Shown here one piece after another: positions 21,756 to 35,769 of a stretch of DNA of 64,000 nt. The position numbers and the translations under genes were made by a program. The stretch lies in NCBI RefSeq assembly GCF_030684315.1, contig NC_081396.1, positions 5,208,001 to 5,272,000 of the forward strand. The letters run 5' to 3'. Source of the DNA: Stegostoma tigrinum. Its lineage: Eukaryota. The notes beneath the pieces were generated by a model. That model searched no databases, was not told the origin of the DNA, and saw only the letters and a program-made list of their open reading frames with translations. Position 1 is the first letter of the stretch, and each line of letters begins with the position of its first letter.

Positions 21756-23947
21756 TCATTTAATGCAACTGTAGAAGAACGTGTAAGGAGATATCAGCAG
21801 CTTCTTCGGTTCTTCCTGGAACTTATTCTGGGTTACTGCATAGATGAATACATTATTGCAAGAACTGAGTAACTAGAGCAGGTTGGTCGCCTCTTGCAGA
21901 ATGAATTGTGGATCATTGAAATCCAGTCCGCCAAAGTAGCCCTCCCCAGTAAACTGCACGAAGAGGAATCTCCCAACATAGGTGGCCCAAAGGAGGAGGA
22001 AGATGAGGGAAATTGTTAAGAGCAGTATAATGGACTTCTTGCGGTTGGCCAACTCAGCATCTTTGGAATTCTCAGTGCCCAGCAGTCTCTTCCAAGCTTC
22101 GCTGGCTTCTAGAATGGACCTAACAGTCAGGATGTTGAACAGGAGAATAATGAAGAAAGGGAGAAAGGGGGTTAACGTGTGGTCTAGCCATTGGTAGCTC
22201 TTCCAGACTGGCGAGATGTAATAGCTGGACTTTAAGTCACAGAACCAGGGCTTCCACTCTAGAATGTATAAGAGTTGGTGGACAAAGAAGAAAGGGACAT
22301 TCTTGACACAGCTCAGTAGACAGACTATTCCTATCACGAGTGATGCAGTTTTTTTCCGTGCAGTAGCTGGTCTTCAGACTCTGGAAACAAATAGCCACAA
22401 AACGGTCGATGGTGAAGGCCGCAGTCAGCCAAACCGAGCCATCCCGACTGATATACACAAACACAATGCCAATTCTGCACCTGGGTGTGGTGGATAGGAG
22501 GCTGTACCTAAAGTAAATGCTGCCAATCCGATTGATAATGACAGCAACGATGATGATGAAGAAATCCGTGACTGCAATTGCCAGTAAGTAGTAGGTGATA
22601 CCACGAGACAGCCCACACCTTCCTCGGGAAAGGATCAGTATTGCCACCAAATTAGCTGTGCGATACAAAAAGAGAGAAACAGTTGAAACATCAGGTGCTT
22701 CCAATCCAATCTTTTGTTGAAACTTTCATGAATGCTCTCTTATGCATAAAGCAAAACACATTTGTTCGTCATTCATACCAGGGTTAATTATTTGTCATGA
22801 AAAGAGTAATTCCAATTTTACCCTGCTAATAACTCCTTTGACCGGCCAGTCAGTCAACTGTGTTGCTGGCTTTCCAGCTTCACCACAGTGAAACATTTGC
22901 TGCTCCATGCCATTTATTACACCAAGTCCATCTATCAAAGTCTATTGTCGCTGAATACATTGTCTTTACGCCAAGTAACATCTTCGCACAATAGCAACTG
23001 ACTCCATCGACAAGTCACTCAGTCAGACCATGTAGTTGGCTTTCCCACTTAACCTCAATGGAAACATTTGCTGCTCCATGACATTTATTACATCAAGTCC
23101 TTCCATCAACATCTATTCTTGCTGAATACATTGTCTTGATGCCACGCAACACCTTCATACAATAACCTAATCTTTCAAACTTCCAAGTTCCAAATACTAT
23201 CGCGACACCCATCTCTACAGCAATCCAAAACCAACTAATATGGCAGAACACCTACTTTCTGACCTTCTGCATCTCCCTCAATTTTTTCCTCCAACAGTGT
23301 CCATGCCCAAACCTCTTTAATTCATTCCCTCAGCAGAACTCTCTCTTTTACCCTCTAGCACCGTCTTTATAACTGCAAATTTTGATAAAACTAATGATAA
23401 TATTTCTTCTTATTTAAAAGTTAACATGAAACCGAATGAACTGCTGAATAAGCAAGGAAAACTCTGCATTCACGAATCGAAACTAAAAATTACTGTTGCA
23501 CTAATCAGCGACAGCCGCATCTGGCTAATTGTTAAATCTATAATTATGCAAAATTTAAGCCTAAATTATCTATCAGCAAATGACATATGCTCAATATGAA
23601 TAATCTTGGAACTTCATTCACTTATTTCAAGAGTTTCCACAATAAATATCCATTCCATCATCACAATCACAATAGGTATCGCCAGTGGAATTAGCTAGTG
23701 CATTCAGCACCAGACATAACATGCTAGAATATTAGATAATGCATAAAATAAAGAACCCAACTGAAATCCCTGTCACTCAGAAAGTTAAATAAATTTGGCC
23801 GAATCTGAAAGAGAGGAAACAAGAATTCAGGACATTAAATATCGATGTATATTGCATTCTTAGGATCTATTACTGACCCGGAACACCAATTGCAGCAAGA
23901 AGAGGATAGCAAATACCAAAGACGGGACCATTCGCTGGCCCGTGCAT
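21756..23947 (-). pseudogene. GPR139-like class A GPCR pseudogene (exon 1 23878-23947; exon 2 21756-22655)
   Basis: Exon 1 encodes MHGPANGPVFGICYPLLAAIGVP with a phase-1 GTCAGT donor. Acceptor CACAG at 22656. Exon 2 has NLVAILILSRGRCGLS, TIDRF and NVFIYA. Lesions: one extra base in an A7 run (22349-22355) and an in-frame TAG at 21873-21875. Confidence 0.92.
22847..23165. repeat. Diverged two-copy tandem duplication (~171-bp period) in a GPCR intron
   Basis: GAAACATTTGCTGCTCCATG at 22890 and 23061, with colinear similarity on both sides. Confidence 0.9.
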
Positions 23948-24726
23948 CGTCCTTCATAAATGAAAGGAAGCACATAAGCTGCGCACCCCAGCCCTGTGAA
24001 GCACTCACACCATCCCGCATTTATTCTGAGTGAGAGTCTCCAGAGGGGCAATCATGTCAGAAAATGTAACTTTTTTTTTGCTTTTAGATGAATAAACCAC
24101 GTGATTTAGGCTTTGTGCAATTGGCCAAGAGGATATTCTCATTTGGGGGTGTTCTGCTGTGTGCAGATGTCGTGGTTTAACACTCCCAATTAGCAATGCT
24201 CTTTTTCTCAATCAAGGGACAACAGTGATGGACGATAATGAACACAGGTTCAATATTTCATCCAAATCAGCTTATTCACGTCTTCTCAATGTCCTCAGCT
24301 TTTTCATGCTCTGACAGTGTCAATTTAAAATTGGAAACGTATATGCTTAATTGGGAAGCCTTTTAGGCTTGAATGTTTAGTGACACATCACGTTTTAATG
24401 CATTTAAAGCTGAACTATTTGAAATCATTGTTAGGTAACACAGTCAAATATCTCAGGAGAAGAAATCCACGTCCAAATTCTGGGTCATTTAGATTCGGAA
24501 GAACACATCACTTAACTTGGTGAACTTGAAATGGAGGAAAGGGCTTCCAAATGCTTGAAAAAAGGCTTAGATTTCTTGAAAGATCAACAGTCGACAAGGG
24601 GCCCTCTGCAATATTGTGAGGGATATATTCAGCTACGTCAATACTGGATCATGGCTTAGAAATGCAAGGCCAAGTGCAGTATCAATGGGGACGGAGGCAA
24701 AACTCTGTACTACATGAAATGTCTTG

Positions 24727-24960
24727 GAGTCATGAAGTAATGCAGTACAGAAACAGGCCCCTTAATCCAACTAGTCCAAGACGAGGATTTTCCAAAAATA
24801 AACTGGTCCTATATACCTGTGTATTGCCCACTTCCCTTCAATTTTTTTGCTATTTCTGGAATTATTGAAGTGTCTTATAAATGTAGCTACTGTATCTGCA
24901 TTAATCACTTCCTCTGGCAGTTCTTCCCACCCACGAAAGAATGCCTGTGTAAAAACATTG
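24727..24960 (-). mobile_element. Short CR1 3' fragment
   Basis: WEELPEEVINADTVATF followed by a CR1-type 3' tail. Confidence 0.75.
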
Positions 24961-25049
24961 CGCATACCAGCCAAGACTACTGACTTCAATGATCATGCAG
25001 TGCATTATGAGCCTCATCATGGCCCACATAATCTCCAGTTTCTTAACCT

Positions 25050-25995
25050 GCTTCAATTCCCTGCAGTTTGCCTACTAGCATAATAGGTCCACAGAGGGTG
25101 CTGTATCGCTAGCACTGCACTCATCCCTGGAACACCTGGACAACAAAGACAACTATGTCAGACTCCTTCTCAGGGACTCCAATCCCTCCAGACTGATCTT
25201 AAAACTGTGTGACCTCAGTCTCCGCTCCGCCCTCTGCAACTGGGTGCATAGCTGACTGATGCATGACCTGCAATCAGTGAGGATAGGTAACTAGACATCC
25301 TCCACAAAAGTTGAAGACCCAAACAATTCATCCTCAGATGGACACTGTACTTTCTCGACACCTACGGCTGTAGTTGCCAAATTCCAAATGAATGCCATTC
25401 ACAAGCTCACTGACGACACCACCATAGTGTGATGGATATGTAACAATGATGATTCAAAATATAGAAGGGAGATAGCGGGTTTAGTAGCGTGGTGCAGTGA
25501 AAACAATGTCTCTCAACGTTCGCAAAACTAAAGAACTGTTCATTGGCTTCAGAAAGAAAGGTGGAGAACACACCCCACCAACATCAATGGAATTGAGTTT
25601 CAGAGAGTGAAAAGCATCAAATTGGTCGGAGAGACAATAACCGACGACCTGTCCTGGACTTCCCACGTATATGCAACAGCCAAAAAGGAACAATAACTCC
25701 TCTTCTTCCTCATTAGGCTCAGGAAATTTGGAATGTGCACAAGATCCCTCACCAACTTCTACAGATGCACCATTGAATACATATCATCCTGGTACCTAAT
25801 AGCCTGGAAATGCAACTACTCTGCCCAGGCCTGTAAGAAACCACAGAATTGGGTGCACATAGCCCAAACAATCATGAAAACTAACCTTCCATCCATGGAC
25901 TCTCTTTACATGTCTCACTGCTGCAGAAACACTTACAACATAATCAAAGACATATCACACTCTGATAATGAACTTCTACAACCTCTTCCATGAGG
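25050..25995 (+). mobile_element. Degraded Rex1/Babar-type LINE RT fragment
   Basis: [62 protein letters not shown]: Rex1-type RT motifs. Confidence 0.85.
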
Positions 25996-26584
25996 TTGTG
26001 CTATGTTTGCTTTGTGTTCCCCTACTGCAAGTCCTCATCTTCAAATGCCTTTTGAAATTAGTTAAAAATTGAAAAGAGCCAAAGAAAGAGGACTCGTAAT
26101 CAGACATGGGCAAGAGGGGTTTGTATCAGGAGAAAGCGATCAAGAAACTGTTGGCTTGTTATATAAGAAAACTCGTTAACAAATGCCTCTTAAAGACATG
26201 AACGTCTACATGGACTGAAACGATACGAGACTGTGCATGCTGAGACACGGGTGAGAGTGAGAGTTGAAATCTGGGAGTGGAGCCAAGACAGTTCCTTTAT
26301 CTCCCAGTATAGACAAACGGACTTGGTCTTTCAAACTCCACCAACTTGAAGGACGATACAAACAAATGCGCCTTCATCTACAAGGTCATCTCCAAGATGT
26401 AAAAATTTATGAAGGACTGGATATAGAGAAATTTCCTCCAATTAAACATGAAGATGACAGAAACATTATCCTCAGCTCCCACCACAAAGTGAATACCCTC
26501 TCCACTGACTGCATCTGTTTTTTTTCCCCCTGGACCTCGCTGAGACTGGGCAAATTTGGTCAAAATCTTATATATAATCAAAAT

Positions 26585-27860
26585 GCTCTTGTTGCTGGAA
26601 ATCTGAAACAAATGCAGAAAATAGTGGAGTAGCTCAACAGAAACAAAAGCAGAAATCGCTGGAAATGCTCAGCAGGTCCGCAGCAATCTGTGGGCAGAAA
26701 ACAGAATTAACATTTCAGCTCGCATGGTTCTTCCTCAGAACTGATGGTAGCTAGGAAAATGTCAGTTTACATTCAGAAGATTGGCTGGGGGATAGGTAGC
26801 ATGTAAACGAAAGATGAGGCGAGAGCCCAAAGAGAGAGACAAGCAGTTGAGCAGAGAAAGGAACGGATAAAGATCCAACCAGGAAGGTGAATGTCTAGTA
26901 ATGGTGTCTGTTGGTGTCTAACAATGGGTTGTGTTTTTATTTAGCAGACAGTGTAATAACAAGGCCAGGTGCATGGGATCTAGGTAAACATATGGGAAAG
27001 CTTGAGTCCTACAGTTGCCAAAGTCGATGTTCAGTCAAAAAGGTTGCAGACTCCCAAACGGAAATTGGAGTGCTGATCTTTCATACTGTGCTGAGCTTCG
27101 CTGGAGCATTGCAGCAAGCCTGAGAGAATGATGTCGACCAGGAAGCACAGTAGTGAAATGAAATTGCAGGCAACCGGAAGCTCAGGGTCTCTTTTGCGGA
27201 CAGAACAGGGTGTTCTGCAAAGTGGCTGGCCAATCTATGTTTCACTTTCCCCAATGTAGAGGAGACCACAGTATGAGCTGTGACTGCAACAGACTAGATA
27301 GTGTGCAGGTAAAGCGCTATTTCACCGTTAAGGTGAATTTGTGCCCTTGGATACAAAAGTGGGAGGAAGTAAACAACAGGTGCTGTATCTTCTGTGGTTG
27401 CAGGAGAATGTGTCCCGTGGATTTATGGGAGAGGAAATCTGTCTGAAATGGAATTGTCCCTGCAGAAGGCTGACAAGAGAGGGGAATCTGATTGGCGTCT
27501 GGTGGTGGCATCCCGCTGAAAGTGGCAGAAATGACGGTTCATGCTCCTCCTGATATGATCGCTGGTGGAATGATAGGTAAAGACAAGGAACTGTATCACT
27601 GTTGCATGATGGAAGAGAAGTTTTAGGGCTGAAATGTGGACGATAGTCCAGACCTGACAGAGGGCTGTCTCAAAAACGGTGCTGGTGAATTCTTGGTTGA
27701 GGATGAAGGAGAACATTTTGAGGCTCCCTTATCAAAGCTGGCATCTTCGCAATAGATGCAACGGAGACAGATGAGCTGGGAGAATGGAGCAGAGAAACTC
27801 AGCGGGTCTGACAAAATCTCCACACAGAAAAATAAAGTTGACGCTTGAAGACAGTATGAC
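26585..27860 (-). mobile_element. Degraded Penelope-like element (GIY-YIG region and terminal repeats)
   Basis: Minus-strand GKVKHRLASHFAEH resembles the Penelope YIGETKRRL..RFAEH motif. Terminal GCTGGAAATGCTCAGCAGGTC repeats, with a hammerhead-like CTGAGGA...GAAA at 26713-26738. Confidence 0.75.
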
Positions 27861-30800
27861 AGACTGAGGAGATTGATACGAGTATGAAATATGGAAAAGA
27901 ACGCGGACAACATTATGTTACCAATTTGATAAATGAAACATAACAACAGAGCTATTGGTAAATAATAACAAATTTGGGAATTCTCCATGAGCAAAGAATA
28001 CTACTGATCTTGCTCTTAATTCATGAGAAGATGAGATGCAGATGCAGTAAGGAATTAGGATCGTATGTGTTGATTTCCTAGATTTCAATTGGATTTGAGT
28101 CCAACAGTCAAGTTACTGTAAACGCATTGAAATTTTGAGACTGACACGTCTTCAATAACTGAAACTACAATAATTGCTTTCTTATTCATATCAGCAAAAA
28201 ATATATATAAATTGGTCTGAGAGCTTGGGCAGCGATGCTTCACTGACCTGATTGTTAGAGTAGTACAATTGTCCTTCGAGGAGAAATTGAGGATTCTGAG
28301 ATTCTAATCTCTACAGTTTAGGAGAATGTGGGAAGACCTCAATCAATCATAAAATACAGTTCCTGGTTTGAATTACAGCAGTGTACGTGCAACAATCAGA
28401 AAGAGACGTTGCAGATACTATTTGTTTAAATGCGTGTTAAAGTTTGTTTTTCAAGTAAATCAGGTATCTTTCCCAAAATATTGTCATCGTTCTATATCAT
28501 CTTTAATTTTGTCCTCAGTTGCCAGACTGGGTGAAGTCTCTGGGTGTGTCATGCAATTTTACTGATCAGCTGCTTGACCAAAGTCCCGCTCAGCAATCAA
28601 TAATCACCAGCAGAGTTCGTTTCAATTGGAGGATGGCATGGTGCAGAGAACAAGAGAGCCAATTCGTGGGTGTGGGAGAGTGGGCGAAGTTGTTTCTGGA
28701 TTCTTCCAGTGTCACAGCTCCACATTCTTTGCTCATCCCGTATCACCCAACAGAAATACAGACCGAGAGCCCAGCTCATTACCGTTAAAGCGATCACTCA
28801 GAGCATATCTCTACCATCAGACTCATCCTATTCCTGTGCATTTGGCGAATGTGGCAGAGAATTACATGTCCATTTTACAGAGCTGGTTTAGAAATACCAA
28901 GTGGTTTCGATTACAGAGGGTGAATAGACGTTAGGAACGAATAATCACTCTTGAAGGACGCTGACACGATTCAGGATCCTCTCCTGGCAACTGGAATCGG
29001 GAATTTCATCCAACCATTTTGTTTTCAAACATTGCCTTCCCCTGGGGAGTTATACACAGATTTGTAACACAGTGTAAAGTTTGGGAAAGACGTAGTGAAA
29101 GGAGCCAATTGTTTTTGTGCCGCATGAATCTCTCTCTGCTCCACAAACAATGATATATTACCACATGGAGTCATGTAACTCTGTACTCCTTTCCATACCA
29201 CGTCATTTCCTTAATCCACCACTCCATGTATGAGTCGTTCTATTCTGTTCTAATATATCTTCGTATGAGTGCATTTGTCCTAATATCTCCTCTGTTCTTT
29301 TTGTGAACTTCAATATTGATAGCTCACGGCGTCATGCACAAGAATGACTTTCCGCATTCATTTCACTTAATCTGTGCATCATTTAAAATATTTCTATTAC
29401 GCTACTTCCTGATTCCATGTTTACCATAGGGAAAAAATCCAACCTGCTCAATCTCTTTACAAAGATTTTGCTAAGATATTTTCAGCCAGAGAATACTTCC
29501 CCGTCGATCTTGTACGAATTTAAAAATTAGAAATGTAGACCAACATTCCAATCTGGTCAGCTTTTTAGTTTAATGGTGGCTGATATTCTCAGGGTTGATG
29601 GAATATCCACACTTGACTGGATGAGTAAGGCTCCAGTCAGATTCAAGAAACTCGATAAAATCCAGGAAATAGCTGGCACTTTGATATGCACTGCATCCAG
29701 AAATTACAGATATTCAGTAGCTGCAGTATGTATCATGTACACAATGCACTGCAGGAGCATAAAATTTCAAGTACGAGTGAACTTCTCTTAGTGATCTTTA
29801 TTATTGTAGGAAGAAACGCAATATATTTGAATGATAGATATGGCTCTGTCTTAGAGAGTTTCCAATCCTTCTTATTATTTTGCCATTGTCTGTCACTTTA
29901 ATATATTGTTATGGCTGTGTCTCCGTTAGTACTTTCTACAGTTCTCAATGTTATCTTACTCGCTATATCTTCTTCGTTATTACATTTTCTTAATGGTGCT
30001 AATGTTAATGCCAGTGTTAGCATAATGATAAGCTCACACTAATTTCATACTCCATCAAACTTATCATGGATAGGACTGCGCTTTTCCTCTTGCAGTTTCA
30101 CAAGGCCATGATTGTCAGGGTCCCCATGATAAACAGGCTGAACACACAATTCATGCATGCACAAGATACCATGAATGGTTACGTGACAATTGACCATATT
30201 GAGAAAAAACGACCGAATCAGTCATTGACTCTGTTTCTGTCATATTTTATGTCATTCCACAGATGTTGCTCCAATTGTCTATCTATTTGCTTCAATGAGA
30301 CTAGAAGATGCAAAAGCTAGTACAATGATAGCTGTGTCATTTTTTTATATGTAACTTCACTTTGTCATTTCAGGCATTTTTTTTGCTGATGTTACCCTAT
30401 ACCCTGACTCTGTTCACAATAAGCCACGCCACACATCTGCTTCTATTAAACTAGGTCATATCTTATTTATTGTTTTCCTCGTCCGTATCAATGGGACGAT
30501 GCAATCACATGTTGTTTACTGGTTTGGACCGTGTCTTGGTTGATAATGCACCTTGAGGTGTCCTAATTGTTACTGAAATTTTATAAGCCACTTTTAATTT
30601 TGCACTAGGTCGGTCTCTGTGAGCACTGAAAATGGCTTTATCACAATTGTTGCTGCATTAGAATACAGAACTTCTGTATTACATTAACCAAGACTGTGTT
30701 GCCGACACACTTGACACTACATTTTTAAGCCAATGTCGAGTCAATCATTAACTTGACGTTTCTCTTGTTAAATTAATCATTAGCATTGGTCAACTTTTCT

Positions 30801-31232
30801 TGCGCCAGAAGCTTTGAACAGGAACTTCAGCACGTGAACGCCTCTCCTGAACTTGTAATTGATCTGCTCAAATGAAGGATTTTCAGATTCAACGTGAGCA
30901 AAATTTCCATTTGATGATCCCCACCTCATGGTCCTTCCATGTTTGCTGACTTTTTTTTATTTTTTCCTCATTGCTGTGAATTTATGAGAATGGTTAAGCA
31001 GTGTTACAGCATTAGTCACTTAAACACGTATGTATGAATGCAAGAGATGAAGTAAATCGATGCTTAAAATAAAGACTCAACTGGGAAATAGCAGAAAGAA
31101 ACTTTTGAGAAATGAACTCAGCTCAATGTCCACTCGATAAAAACTCAATATCATGTTTTGTGCAGTTGGACAGGCCAAAGAAATTACAACGAGCCTGTCC
31201 CAAAAGTGAATACAATCATTCACCTTATTGTA

Positions 31233-31287
31233 AACATAGAACAGTACAGCAGAGAACAGGCCCTTCAGCCCACAATGTTGTGCCGAC
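31233..31287 (-). mobile_element. 55-bp 3'-terminal fragment of the young CR1 family
   Basis: Matches ~7650-7704 except for one substitution (GCAGAG vs GCACAG). Confidence 0.85.
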
Positions 31288-31459
31288 TAAGCATGAAGCA
31301 ATGAGCTAACCTCCTTATTCAGCGAAATGTAAGCAAGGTGCACGTTGTGAAATAACTGATCCGCTCAAGACTATCACTCCAAATAAATAATGGAACATCT
31401 GAATGTGTCGCAGAGCAAATTTCCACAGCTATATGAACTGCTGCAACCTCTGAGCGACG

Positions 31460-31529
31460 ATGCACGAGCCAGTCATCGCCAGCTTCTTTGAAATTTCCTG
31501 TTCAATTCTTCTTGCTATTGGTACCCCTG
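31460..31529 (+). pseudogene. Exon 1 of a + strand GPR139-like GPCR gene (candidate partner of the decayed exon 2 at 45892)
   Basis: ATG CAC GAG CCA...ATT GGT ACC CCT G|GTAATT encodes MHEPVIASFFEISCSILLAIGTP. Same 70-nt length and phase-1 donor as the other two first exons, and the same GACGATGCACG start context as the 23947 exon. Confidence 0.8.
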
Positions 31530-32785
31530 GTAATTCACTGATTCTCGAAAGAATCCATTCCATAATTGTGTATTTCCAGAAATTTATTTCATTCCTGTTA
31601 AGGGTTCAGCAGAATTATCCAATATGCAGCTCTTGATTTTAACGTACTGTCTCCAGCGAGCATAATATGTTATGGGATACTATCTGTACTGTGGAAAATT
31701 CGTCGTGTATAACTTAGAATTTCATTATGCTGATGGTCAATGTGTTCTTGAATCTTGAACGTTTTCTACGTACAGAAAAAATGTTCTACTCGACGCTGAA
31801 CTACCACGGGTCATGAATGAATATACATGAGCATTAAACAGAAATATTGTCACAGATTAGGTTTCATTTCTATTCGGTATAATGCAATCTGCTTTCTAGC
31901 CCGTTGTTGGTTTAAAATTTTATCATATTGCAGTAAAATACGTTTCAAAATGGGTGTTTAGCATTATTTGGACATGTTATATTTTGTGGCAGTGGCTTAT
32001 GAGATATTTTGAAACATGAACAGATATTCAATGATATCACGATTCTACAGTGCATGTCATGGAAAGATGTGATAGAGTATAGAGTTTCCGACAGCCAACG
32101 TCATTGTTAATGTGATCTTAGGAATTAATTAGTGTTTAGTCTAAAAGTGGAGTTGCAAGATTTTTATGCTGTTGCGAATGTGCTTCTCTGCTGTGAGGTT
32201 TGGCATATTTTCTTTACAATTATTAAAAGTTGCAGTTGCATTTCACCCGAGCCACCTGGCTTCACGTAGAAAATACCAGAACAAAATTAGTAAACAAATT
32301 TATTCTCAAGACATATGATATACTGCCAAAATGTTTGGTCATAAGTTGCATTGAAAGAAGGTAGCAGAGGCAAAGCAGCACAAATGATAATTCCGGCGAG
32401 TTTTAAGAGTGGCTTTTCGAGTTAGACATATCAGTTTGAGGGCAATGCAGGAGAGAGAATCATAGTTACATGAGGATTCAGACAGTTGTCTGGTGCAATG
32501 GGGACTAATGGGGCGAGAAGTCTGAGCTTCTGAAAATTCGAAGGGTGTGATTGTAAAGGATGAGACATCACTAGCGAATAGCCAACGTTGGTCAATGTTT
32601 ATGGGTTGAAGGATGGCCAGGTTTTATATGAATGTTTCCATGGGCATCACATTATTTCATTTGTCCTGAGTCTGGCAAGTAGCTCATCCTCAACCGAATC
32701 AGCTGCATCTATTTCTGGGGAAATGGCCCGTCTGCCACTCCAGCGTGCACTCTCAACATCTTTCTAGCCTATGCCATTTTTTTTG

Positions 32786-32880
32786 CTAAAGAAGGGTCCC
32801 GACCAGAAACGTCAAACTTTCCTGCTCCTCTGATGCTGCTTGGCCTGCTGTGTTCATACAGCTTCATCCAGATATCTCAG
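32786..32880 (+). mobile_element. Penelope-like terminal repeat fragment with a degenerate minimal hammerhead motif
   Basis: CTAAAGA-AGGGTCCCGACCA-GAAACGTC followed by TTTCCTGCTCCTCTGATGCTGCTTGGCCTGCTGTGTTC. Confidence 0.65.
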
Positions 32881-34374
32881 TTACTGTGGTGGACTGGATT
32901 TCAGTGATCTACTGTAACACTTCCAAGAAACGATCAACAAATTTCAGTTACTTGATTCTTGCAACAACATCTTCATTTATGCAAGACCTCTGAACTTGTT
33001 TTGACAGATAAATAAGAAAGTTCTGATGTGCCCCTTCATCAACCTCACCGACTTCTTCAAGTAGGGAGCGATGACAAATCATTCTTTATATTGTTTCTTT
33101 CCCCCTGGAGAACCTCAATATGCACTGATCCTATATAAACTTGATTCAGAAACAAATATCATCAGCAAAAGGTTATCAGACTCTTCTTCACCTCTGCCAG
33201 CTTATGGTAATCGGTCCTGAAAGAATGTGGAACTATGGAAACGCCTTTATTTCTTGATGAGAGGTGAACTCGTTACACCACACCTCAGACACTTCTTACT
33301 GCTGCCACTCCCCACGGGTCTTCTTGAGGTGGATTTCTCAATTTCTTTCTGACTCCTCAGATATAAGTTCTTCCCTCCTTTTTCCAATCCCTTCATTCTT
33401 TACTCTCTCACGTCTTCCAAGTCTTGCTTCATAATTCTATGCTTCTCTCTCTTCCTTTTTCTCTTGGAATGATCATTTTTGTCTATTCTAATCTCCACTT
33501 TACGACGGCCTACAATGTACAATATTCTGAAGAAGACGCACAATCCACTCCACTGTTTGAACTGTGTCCTCAGTAATTACATGTGCATTGATATTTCACT
33601 CTGTGTGTTTTACATACCACTTTCCTGATGATAAATCTCGAAATATTTAAGCTGCTAACAACATCAACAGCTTCTTCGACAGTTTCTGCATCAGAATTCC
33701 TTTTAAAACATACCTTTATTAAAACAAACAATAATATATTGTTAAACAAAAACAAATGGCTGGAGAAACTCAACAAGCCTTGCAGCATCTGTGGAGTAAA
33801 AAATAGCTGAGTTAATATTTCGAGTCTAGTGACCCTTCTTGAGCACTCTTAATAAACTTATTGTTATTTATGTTTTTTTTTTCACTTGATATGCGCCCGA
33901 AGTTTCAACTTCTTTTTGAAGGAGACAAAAATAATATTTTGTCTCTGAGTTTAGTTTTGTTTCAGTTCATTTATGCATTTGATGGCCACCGGTTGTCATT
34001 TTGCTCTTTTACCCAAGTGAATGTTTCTAAAACCCAAAGTATACTATTAGTTTATGCATTTGGTTATTTTTCTTTCTTTTGTTCATATTGAAAAACTAGG
34101 TTTTCAGTCACTTGTAAGTTTCATTTTCAATTTGTTTCACCTTGGTGAGGAAAGAATTCAGGAGAAGAATTACTCCTTTCAGAATGGAGCTAGATTGAAA
34201 CGGAATTTGAAAAGAAATTGAACTGCATTTCCTCCCTCGTTACCTGTTAGAATTGCTCCCCACACAAACCAGGTGCTCAGTAACCACACTGTTGCGGTCC
34301 GCTGTCGTGCAGGGGAGTCACACATTTGAAGATACCTATTACAAAACATCACCCACTATAGCCAATAATAATGC

Positions 34375-34460
34375 AGTGTTCAGCTGGAGGAGCACAGCCA
34401 GGCATCAGCATCAGAGGGGCAGGAAAGGTGACGTTTCGGATTGGGACCATTCTTCAGAAA
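34375..34460 (-). mobile_element. Penelope-like terminal repeat fragment with a minimal hammerhead core
   Basis: Minus strand CTGAAGA (34457-34451) ... GAAACGTC (34437-34430). Confidence 0.65.
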
Positions 34461-34767
34461 ATGGTGTAAATTTAGTCTCTGATACTCCGACAATACTGTA
34501 ATGTGTCAGTGAATATATTGCGAACGCTTGAGCAGGAGACTTAGCTCTGGTTCAATTGACATGCAGTGAGCTGGTCTTGGTCATTAAACCAGCCCACCGA
34601 GCATTTTCATGCATTGACTTCCATGCATGGTAAGAAATTCCTCGGATTCCACTGCGTCTTCCTTTGAAGACTACTTTGTTTCCTCTGCTCCACTTCTTCA
34701 ATTTGCGAAATTTGATCTTTTTGCTAAGTTAATTTGTATCCCAAAATTACCCATACTGGCCAAAATA

Positions 34768-35095
34768 TGAGGGGATGGCCTTGTCGTGGGATCAATGGAC
34801 TGTTAGTCAACAGGGCTGGACAACATTTTTGGATTATGAGATCAAATCCTGCCATTATGGAGTGTAATTCTGCAAAAAAAACGAAGGAGTGGATTTACGA
34901 ATTAGTGGTGGCCATGAATAAGTTGGCAGGAAAAACCGATATAGTTCACGAAAGTACAGTAGGGATGGGATCTCTTCCTCACCTGATCTTGCCAAGCTTG
35001 CATGTGACACAAAGATCCACAGACAATTGGTTCTCACTCAACTTGAAGGATGGTCAAAAATGCTAGTGATTCACAGAATCACATGTGTAAATGGC
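34768..35095 (+). mobile_element. Degraded tRNA-derived SINE
   Basis: Decayed B-box-like GAGATCAAATCC and a body resembling a common elasmobranch SINE (from recall; needs RepeatMasker confirmation). Confidence 0.55.
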
Positions 35096-35769
35096 AAAAA
35101 AAGTTATTTCTCTGTATGGTCATAGAAACGTCTATGTCTGCCGGTTCATGTCAGCACCCTGCAGTTCAATGCAGGAATCTAAGGTTAAAGGTGCCTTCTG
35201 TGACTGATTTTCTTTAAATTATGATCTCTCAAATCGAAGTGATATGAATGTATTGACACAGACAGAATGTAACAGAAAGATGGAATGAAAGTGAAAACCA
35301 GATAAATATAGATAGGCACGATTGGAGGGGGACAAGATAGCATTGTGTAATACACAGATAAACCAACAGAACAGACAGCTAAATGTAAGATGGTTGGCAC
35401 CGATGCAGATAACCACGAGGAAACAGTAACACAATCACGCCAGGAGGAACACACACACAAACAGGCGTTATGTGGAATTCTAAGTGGACAGACACAGTTC
35501 TATGTCATTGCATTGATTATTCAAGAATTTATTTGGCATTTTTGTGATAGCTTAACACTGGCATCCTCGCTGAGCATGAATTTATGTCTGTGTGTTCATA
35601 CATTTACTCCAATTTGTCTGAGGACTTTGCTGGTAGACTGGAGGACAGGTGATGGGGTGCCATTACTTAATAAGGAAAGAAGTGCGGGCGGGGGGAGGGT
35701 GGTAAAAGGAAACTGCAGGGCATGCACTCCGACCTCTGCAGTGGGGAAACTGTCAGAAGCATTTCTGAG

